From Bdellovibrionota bacterium FG-1 (GTDB lineage: Bacteria; Bdellovibrionota; UBA1018), in the NCBI GenBank assembly GCA_051382295.1, contig JBBCAW010000129.1, positions 1-25,582 on the forward strand: a stretch of DNA of 25,582 nt, read 5' to 3'. Positions 25,025-25,582 of this stretch are shown in pieces; the first letter of the stretch is position 1, and each line of letters begins with the position of its first letter. The notes under the pieces are model-generated. The model searched no databases. It was not told where the DNA came from and worked only from the letters and a program-made list of their open reading frames with translations. Position numbers and translations under genes: made by a program.

Positions 25025-25582
25025 TTACAAATTCATACCCAGGCCAAAAGTCAGAGTGCGTGATTGAATTTGAATGAAACCGATGTTGAAACCAAAGTCT
25101 GATGCATCAACACCTGCCGTGTATGTTTGGGTGCCGATTCGCCGCTGAAAAGAAAGCCCGCCGGCAAGCTCGCGCTGGGCGAATGCAAGGTCCGAACCCG
25201 AGAGTAGGGCCGAATACTTCACGTAAGCTGAGAGCGCGTTTTTTAAGTCAAAGGCTTTGCGCTCGGCCACAACGATCTGGGGTCCGTCTAGCCGGTCAAA
25301 GCCCATGGATTGGTTGCTCACGGTCATGCTGAGCGAGTAGACGCCCAGCATGAGCATGGTTTTCCACGAGGATATCCCCGCTGGAAATGCGAACCCCGCG
25401 CGGGCGTTCAAGCCCAGAAAGCGCACGCCGACGGTCGGGTCGCTTGAAACGAGCGAAACCGCGTTTAAGAATGCGCTCACGCCCAAACTCCATTGATTCG
25501 TAAGTGCATAGGTAACGCCGAGCTTGGGTGTGAGCAGGATTGCCGAATAGGGATTAAGGCGGGTTTCGGTGTAGGTGAGCTG
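25025..25582 (-). CDS. C-terminal part of a probable outer-membrane beta-strand protein (5' end outside the window)
   Basis: The frame is open from the window edge (QLTYTETRLNPYSAILLTPKLGVTYALTNQWSLGVSAF...) to TLTFGLGMNL*, with alternating amphipathic strands. Confidence 0.72.
   Translation of the reverse strand, partial: QLTYTETRLNPYSAILLTPKLGVTYALTNQWSLGVSAFLNAVSLVSSDPTVGVRFLGLNARAGFAFPAGISSWKTMLMLGVYSLSMTVSNQSMGFDRLDGPQIVVAERKAFDLKNALSAYVKYSALLSGSDLAFAQRELAGGLSFQRRIGTQTYTAGVDASDFGFNIGFIQIQSRTLTFGLGMNL

Noticed and set aside
1..25582. CRISPR array, tRNA, rRNA, integrase or prophage
   Set aside because: No regularly spaced repeats, cloverleaf or rRNA-like segments, recombinase or phage structural genes were seen by eye; a covariance-model search was not possible.

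Overview
A bacterial chromosomal window of moderate GC that is probably from a Bdellovibrionota/Oligoflexia-like organism. This is an inference from the many orphan secreted proteins, the FecR-only protein and the sigma-54/FliA-type promoters. Left part: a damaged multiheme cytochrome c / cytochrome b cluster (5'-truncated next to a possible IS end, with an internally deleted c+b gene), trmO, a small Zn-ribbon ORF, an AI-2E transporter, a P-type IIA ATPase broken by one in-frame TGA, a 72-aa ORF resembling a subtilase C-terminal tail, and an ABC-F ATPase. Middle: FecR-domain and orphan secreted proteins and a tandem DUF3592-like protein, then an AT-richer islet. In the islet, an unannotated 53-codon toxin::antitoxin deletion-fusion (with its palindromic operator) sits directly upstream of a lysozyme-like/DUF3892 gene coupled to a secreted partner, a candidate effector-immunity pair. 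Right part: a sigma-54-type promoter with an orphan secreted gene, a DTW (TapT-like) enzyme, and a minus-strand run of exported enzymes (neutral ceramidase, flavin amine oxidase, small Cys-rich protein, papain-like lipoprotein). That run lies behind a FliA-type promoter and is divergent from fadD. After it come a 698-aa transglutaminase-like + beta-barrel protein with a second sigma-54 promoter, and a partial outer-membrane-type gene. No rRNA, tRNA or CRISPR array was seen.
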